DNA of 64,000 nt. Origin: Vicinamibacteria bacterium (GTDB lineage Bacteria; Acidobacteriota; Vicinamibacteria; Marinacidobacterales; Marinacidobacteraceae). The DNA lies in assembly GCA_963668695.2 (NCBI GenBank), contig CAXXLQ010000004.1, forward strand, positions 1,824,001-1,888,000, read 5' to 3'. The notes under the pieces were generated by a model. That model was given only the letters and a program-made list of their open reading frames with translations, ran no database searches and was not told the DNA's origin. Numbering within the stretch: position 1 is the first letter of the stretch; every line of letters starts with the position of its first letter. Below, one piece after another: positions 59,204 through 64,000 of this stretch. A program made the translations under genes and the position numbers.

Positions 59204-60373
59204 ATGAGCTTCGCCGCGACGGTCACCGCCGAAGAACTCGACCGGGACCCGGATCCCATCCTGGCCCGCCTGCGCGAGGAGGAGCCGGTCGCCTGGATTC
59301 CCGCGCTCCAGATGTGGTTCGTGACCCGTTGGGACGACGTCCGGACGATGGAGGCTCAGCCGGAGATCTTCAGCGCCGCCACCGAGCCGAGCTTCCTGGC
59401 CCGGACCCTCGGCGAGAACATGCTCACCCTGGATCCGCCGGCCTGCACCCGGCTCCAGAAGGCCTGCAAGCCGCCCTTCCTGCGGGCCGGACGGAGCGGC
59501 TCCTTCGCGGAGAGTGAGCTCCCCGCGCTTTGCGACCGTCTCATCGCCTCCATGCGGGACGACGGCGAGGCGGACATCATCGCCGGCTATGCGGCTCTCG
59601 TCAGCGCCGGGTCGCTCGCCACCGTCCTGGGCCTCGACGCCTACGACTTCCGCGAGGTCTGGGACTGGTGCGAGGGCCTTTGCGTCGGGGTTGCGAATTT
59701 CGAACTGGAACCCGAGGCCTTCGCGGTCGGCCAGCGCGCCGCCGAGTCCGTCGAGGAGGCGGTGCTGGCCAGGCTCGGGGAGCTCCGCGAGCGTCCCGAG
59801 GCGTGCGGCCTCCTCCACCTCCTGCGGGCCGACCAGGACCTCTCCGCCGCCGAAATCGTGAACAACGTGCGGCTGATGATCTCCGGGGGAATCAACGAAC
59901 CCCGGGACGGAATCGGCCTCGTGGTCTGGACCATGCTCGCCGACGACGGACTCCGCGAGCAGGCGCTCGGCAGCCCGGCGGCGATGCGGCGCCTCGTGGA
60001 CGAGGTGCTCCGCCGCTACACGCCGGTGGGCACGATCACCCGCACCACCACCCGCGAAACCGAACTCGCCGGGGTCCGGCTCCCCGAGGGCGTCCTCGTC
60101 TCCGGCATCCTCCGCGCTGCGAACCTCGACCCCGCCCGCTTCCGGGACCCGGAACGTCTCGACCCCACCCGCATTGAGGGCGGGAACGCGGCCTTCGCCC
60201 TCGGCGTTCACCGCTGCCTCGGGGAATGGCTCGGACGGCAGGAGATCCGGGTCGGGGCCGAGCGCCTGTTCCGGAACCTCCCCGGGTTGCGCCTCCATCC
60301 CGACGAGCAGGTCACGCTGCGTGGTTTCGAATTCCGGGGTCCGAAGAGCGTTAGGGTGGTCTGGGACGCCTGA
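59204..60373 (+). CDS. Cytochrome P450 with atypical I-helix (GGINEPRD)
   Basis: EVLR, 'AFALGVHRCLG', 'GFEFRGP'; lacks the canonical (E/D)T pair. Confidence 0.9.
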   Translation: MSFAATVTAEELDRDPDPILARLREEEPVAWIPALQMWFVTRWDDVRTMEAQPEIFSAATEPSFLARTLGENMLTLDPPACTRLQKACKPPFLRAGRSGSFAESELPALCDRLIASMRDDGEADIIAGYAALVSAGSLATVLGLDAYDFREVWDWCEGLCVGVANFELEPEAFAVGQRAAESVEEAVLARLGELRERPEACGLLHLLRADQDLSAAEIVNNVRLMISGGINEPRDGIGLVVWTMLADDGLREQALGSPAAMRRLVDEVLRRYTPVGTITRTTTRETELAGVRLPEGVLVSGILRAANLDPARFRDPERLDPTRIEGGNAAFALGVHRCLGEWLGRQEIRVGAERLFRNLPGLRLHPDEQVTLRGFEFRGPKSVRVVWDA

Positions 60374-60381
60374 GAACAAAG

Positions 60382-61176
60382 ATGACGACCGGTTTCCTCT
60401 TCCCCCGCACGCCCGCCGGCGACGCCTCCCTGCTCCGCTCGCCGCCGTGGTTCTACTCGGGCGAGATGCTGACCATCGAGTACCTCGCGGAACCCGGTGC
60501 GGTGGCGGCGCTGCTACCGGCCCCGCTCGAACCCGTCGCTGATCGCCCCGATGCGGTGGCCGCCATCTGGGCCGAATGGCAGTGTTGCAGTAGCTCGGGC
60601 GACGAGCTGCTCGACCCCGTGCGCGCCCAGTACAAGGAATGCCTGTTGGTGGTTCGCTGCCGCTACCGGGGCCGGGACTGGTCGCGCTGCGTCTTCATCT
60701 GGGTGGACAGCGACAGTTCGCTGGTGCGCGGCCATTTCCAGGGCTACCCCAAGAAGCTGGGCGAGATCTGGATGACCCGGCCGGCGCTCATCGGCCGGGC
60801 GGGACCGCGGCTCGCTGCGGGTGGGCGCTTCGGCGCGACCGTTGCCGCCGGCTCCCGCCGCCTCATGGAGACGGAGTTCACGATCACCGGGGAGGCCGAG
60901 TCAGCGGGCTTCGTGAATGCCCACCCCATGCTGCACCATCGCCTCATGCCAGGTGTCGAGGCTGACGGCTCGGACGCCCTTCACCAGATCGTCAAGGTAG
61001 CCTCGTCGGACGTGGAACTCGGGACCACCTACACCGGAAGCGCCACCTTGCGGGTGTTTCCTTCGCCCACCGAGGAACTCCTGACGTTGGCCCCCAGGGA
61101 GATTCTGGGCGGTTTCTGGCGGCGGGTCGGATTCACCTTCCGCGGGGGAGAGACCCTCGCGGGTACCGGGAAATAA
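60382..61176 (+). CDS. Acetoacetate decarboxylase-like family protein
   Basis: 'PPW.Y', 'LLPAPLE', 'YKE', 'RG..QGYPKKLG' (Schiff-base Lys motif). Confidence 0.88.
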   Translation: MTTGFLFPRTPAGDASLLRSPPWFYSGEMLTIEYLAEPGAVAALLPAPLEPVADRPDAVAAIWAEWQCCSSSGDELLDPVRAQYKECLLVVRCRYRGRDWSRCVFIWVDSDSSLVRGHFQGYPKKLGEIWMTRPALIGRAGPRLAAGGRFGATVAAGSRRLMETEFTITGEAESAGFVNAHPMLHHRLMPGVEADGSDALHQIVKVASSDVELGTTYTGSATLRVFPSPTEELLTLAPREILGGFWRRVGFTFRGGETLAGTGK

Positions 61177-61180
61177 CGAA

Positions 61181-62053
61181 GTGGCGGTCGTCGGCTTCGG
61201 CCTCCTCTCGCACGTTCCGACGATCATGCTGCCCGAGGAGGTTCGGCGGGAGCTGAACGAGGGCAAGGAGATCAGCCTGGTTCCCGGACTCCGCCGGCTC
61301 CGGGGCGAGGTGCTCGACGAGCTCGAGCCCGAGACGTTCGTCATCTTCGACACCCACTGGTTCAGCACCGTCGAACACCTGCTCACCGCGCAGGACCGCC
61401 GCCAGGGCCGTTACACCTCGGACGAACTGCCCCGGGGGATGCACGGCGTTCCCTACGACTATCCCGGCGATCCCGAACTGGCCCGCGCCGCCGAGGCCGC
61501 TGCCAAGCGGGCCGGGCAGCCGGCGCACGCGTCGGCGGACCCCTACCTCCCCGTCCACTACCCGACGATCAACCTGCTCCACTACCTCTGGCGCGGCGAG
61601 CGGGTGGTCTCGGTGAGCTTCTGCCAGACCGGAACCACCCCGGACTTCCTGGCGATGGGCCGGGCGATCGGCGAGGCCGTCGAGGAGACGGGCCGGCGGA
61701 CGGTGCTGCTGGCTTCCGGAGGCATGAGCCACCGGTTCTGGCCGCTCCCGGTGATCGCGCAGCACGAGCCGTCCGACCCTGTGCACGTCCGCACGCCGGA
61801 GGCCCGCGCCGCCGACGAAGCGCGGATTGAATGGCTAGAGGCCGGCGACCACCGCCGGATCATCGAGGCGATGGACGACTACGCGCGCTTCGCTCCCGAG
61901 GGCCGCTTCGGCCACTACCTGATGGCGGTCGCGGCGGCCGGCGGCGCGGACTGCACCGCCCCGGGCCGGCTGTTCTCGGACTACGAGAACGCCGTCGGCA
62001 CCGGGCAGGTCCACGTCTGGTTCGACCGCCCGGCGGCTGGCTGGACGGGGTGA
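61181..62053 (+). CDS. Class III (LigB/HpaD-like) extradiol ring-cleavage dioxygenase
   Basis: 'SHVPTI', 'FDTHW', 'YPGDPELA', 'HYPT', 'LASGGMSHRFW', 'GTGQ'. Confidence 0.88.
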   Translation: MAVVGFGLLSHVPTIMLPEEVRRELNEGKEISLVPGLRRLRGEVLDELEPETFVIFDTHWFSTVEHLLTAQDRRQGRYTSDELPRGMHGVPYDYPGDPELARAAEAAAKRAGQPAHASADPYLPVHYPTINLLHYLWRGERVVSVSFCQTGTTPDFLAMGRAIGEAVEETGRRTVLLASGGMSHRFWPLPVIAQHEPSDPVHVRTPEARAADEARIEWLEAGDHRRIIEAMDDYARFAPEGRFGHYLMAVAAAGGADCTAPGRLFSDYENAVGTGQVHVWFDRPAAGWTG

Positions 62054-62159
62054 CCGGCGTACCGGAAGGGCCGACACACGGAGCCGTCGAACGCGCCGAA
62101 TACCGGAATCGGTGAACGGGTTGCACGATAGGTATGCTGCGCTGAACGGGAGAGCATCC

Positions 62160-63785
62160 ATGGACCGAAGAGCATTCCTACGCACAACCGCAGCCGGCGG
62201 CGCTGGCCTGACGGCGAACTTCGCGTGTTCCCCGTCCGCCTCCGAGTCGCCAGCGGCCGCAGGCGCGCAGGGCGAGATCCCGCCGTTCGAATTCGACGAG
62301 ATCACCGCCGACGACCTCCAGCGCATGATGGAGTCGGGCGAACACACTGCCCGCTCCATCACCGAGACATACATCGAGCGCATCGAAGCGATGGACCGGC
62401 AGGGCCCCGAACTTCGCTCGATGATCGAGATCAACCCGGACGCGCTCGAAATCGCCGATGAACTCGACGCGGAGCGCCGCGCTGGCGGACTCCGCGGACC
62501 GCTCCACGGCATCCCGGTCGCGCTCAAGGACAATCTCGACACCCACGACCGCATGACCACCACGGCGGGATCGCTCGCGCTCGAGGGCTCCATCCCGCCG
62601 CGCGATTCCTTCGTGGCCGAGCGCCTGCGCGCCGCCGGCGCCATCATCCTGGGCAAGGCCAACCTGAGCGAATGGGCCTACTTCCGCGGGGAGCGGGCGA
62701 CCAGCGGATGGAGCGCCCGGGGCGGCCAGTGCAAGAACCCCTACGCTCTCAACCGCAACCCGTGCGGGTCCAGTTCCGGCTCGGGAGTGGCGGCCTCCGC
62801 CAACCTGTGCGCGCTTACCGTGGGCACCGAAACGGGCGGCTCCATCATGTGCCCCTCATCCAGCAACGGCATCGTGGGCATCAAGCCCACGGTGGGGCTC
62901 TGGAGCCGCTCCGGCATTGTCCCCATCTCCCACTCCCAGGACACCGCCGGGCCCATGACCCGCACCGTGCGCGACGCGGCCATCCTGCTGGGTGGAGCCG
63001 TGGGCATCGACCCGCGCGACGAGGCCACGTCCTCGAGCGACGGTAACTTCCACGCCGACTACGCGCAGTTCCTCGATCCGGCAGGCCTCCAGGGAGCGCG
63101 CATCGGGGTGGCGCGCAGCTTCACCGGCTTCGATCCGCGGGTCATGGCGCTTTTCGAGGACGCGATCGCGGCGATGCGGGACGCGGGGGCCGTGATCGTG
63201 GATCCCGCGAACCTGCCTGAGTCAGCCTGGAACGACGAACTTCCCCTGCTCGTCCTCGAGTACGAGTTCAAGGCCGACCTGAATGCCTATCTGGCAACCC
63301 TGGGCCCCGACGCCCCCGTGCGCACGCTCGCGGAGATCATCGAGTTCAACGAGCAAAACGCCGAGTTGGAGATGCCCTACTTCGGCCAGGAGCGCATGAT
63401 CGCGTCTCAGGCCCACGGCCCCCTGACCGACGAGGTCTACCTGAACGCGGTGCGTACGATCCAGCGAGCCAACCGGGAGGACGGAATCGACGCCCTCGTG
63501 AACGAGCACCAGTTGGACGCCATCGTCGCACCCACCCGCGACCTGCCCTGGACCACCGACCACATCAAGGGCGACCGCCTGGACGGCGGCAGCAGCGCCG
63601 GACCGGCTGCCATCGCGGGTTACCCGGATATCAGCGTGCCCATGGGGTTCGTCTCAGGGCTGCCGGCGGGCATCTCATTTTTCGGGCGTGCGTGGAGCGA
63701 GCCCACACTGATTCGCATCGCCTACGCCTTTGAGCAGGCGACCCAGCACCGCAAGGCCCCGACCTTTGCGCGAACGCTGGGCTAG
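62160..63785 (+). CDS. Amidase-signature enzyme with Tat signal
   Basis: 'MDRRAFL', 'GPLHGIPVALKDN', 'GKANLSEW', 'GSSSGS', 'GTETGGSI'. Confidence 0.92.
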   Translation: MDRRAFLRTTAAGGAGLTANFACSPSASESPAAAGAQGEIPPFEFDEITADDLQRMMESGEHTARSITETYIERIEAMDRQGPELRSMIEINPDALEIADELDAERRAGGLRGPLHGIPVALKDNLDTHDRMTTTAGSLALEGSIPPRDSFVAERLRAAGAIILGKANLSEWAYFRGERATSGWSARGGQCKNPYALNRNPCGSSSGSGVAASANLCALTVGTETGGSIMCPSSSNGIVGIKPTVGLWSRSGIVPISHSQDTAGPMTRTVRDAAILLGGAVGIDPRDEATSSSDGNFHADYAQFLDPAGLQGARIGVARSFTGFDPRVMALFEDAIAAMRDAGAVIVDPANLPESAWNDELPLLVLEYEFKADLNAYLATLGPDAPVRTLAEIIEFNEQNAELEMPYFGQERMIASQAHGPLTDEVYLNAVRTIQRANREDGIDALVNEHQLDAIVAPTRDLPWTTDHIKGDRLDGGSSAGPAAIAGYPDISVPMGFVSGLPAGISFFGRAWSEPTLIRIAYAFEQATQHRKAPTFARTLG

Positions 63786-64000
63786 CAGCCGGTGGATAAA
63801 GTGGCGAGAGCGCCGAGAGCGGCCAGTTCTCCCGGTGGGGGCGAGGCCCAGTTCTCCCGGTGGGGGTCCGGCTGACAAGGCGCGCGAGGGAGGAGCCCCC
63901 ACCGGGAGAACTGGCCCGGGTGTATTTCGACCGAAGCGCAACGATGAACGACGCGAAGCGGAGTGTTTCAGCCGGGATGGATCGCCGCTCGAGCCCCCAC
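63786..64000 (+). mobile_element. MITE copy 4 at the TAG stop of the amidase gene (runs off the window)
   Basis: CTAG then CAGCCGGTGGATAAAGT; carries all four micro-insertions. Confidence 0.88.

Overview
High-GC bacterial chromosomal segment. The gene content (GWxTD protein, Oar-like TonB receptor, CRTAC1/ASPIC-UnbV protein, TPR proteins, Pro-linker lipoproteins) suggests Acidobacteriota, but this is inference. Core content: a complete Rrf2-sufBCDSU-sufT operon, a TonB-receptor-led cluster of secreted hydrolases and oxidoreductases, two aromatic/amine catabolic clusters with P450s, a phytase and peptidases. Accessory content: an IS1182-family element with CTAG target duplication, a family of about 200-bp MITEs inserted mostly at stop codons, REP-like palindromes, VapBC and HigBA modules, a frameshifted DUF5131-TcmP island, an ABC-ATPase + DUF4276 pair and a 10x360-bp CARDB-like repeat gene. 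Two observations stand out. (1) A complete SAM-I/IV riboswitch with a translational expression platform sits upstream of two small proteins I cannot recognise, one of them split by a MITE. (2) An invariant 19-bp sequence (CCAGTTCTCCCGGTGGGGG) occupies five different sites inside other repeats, with empty versions of each site also present. All calls were made by eye; no database searches were run.
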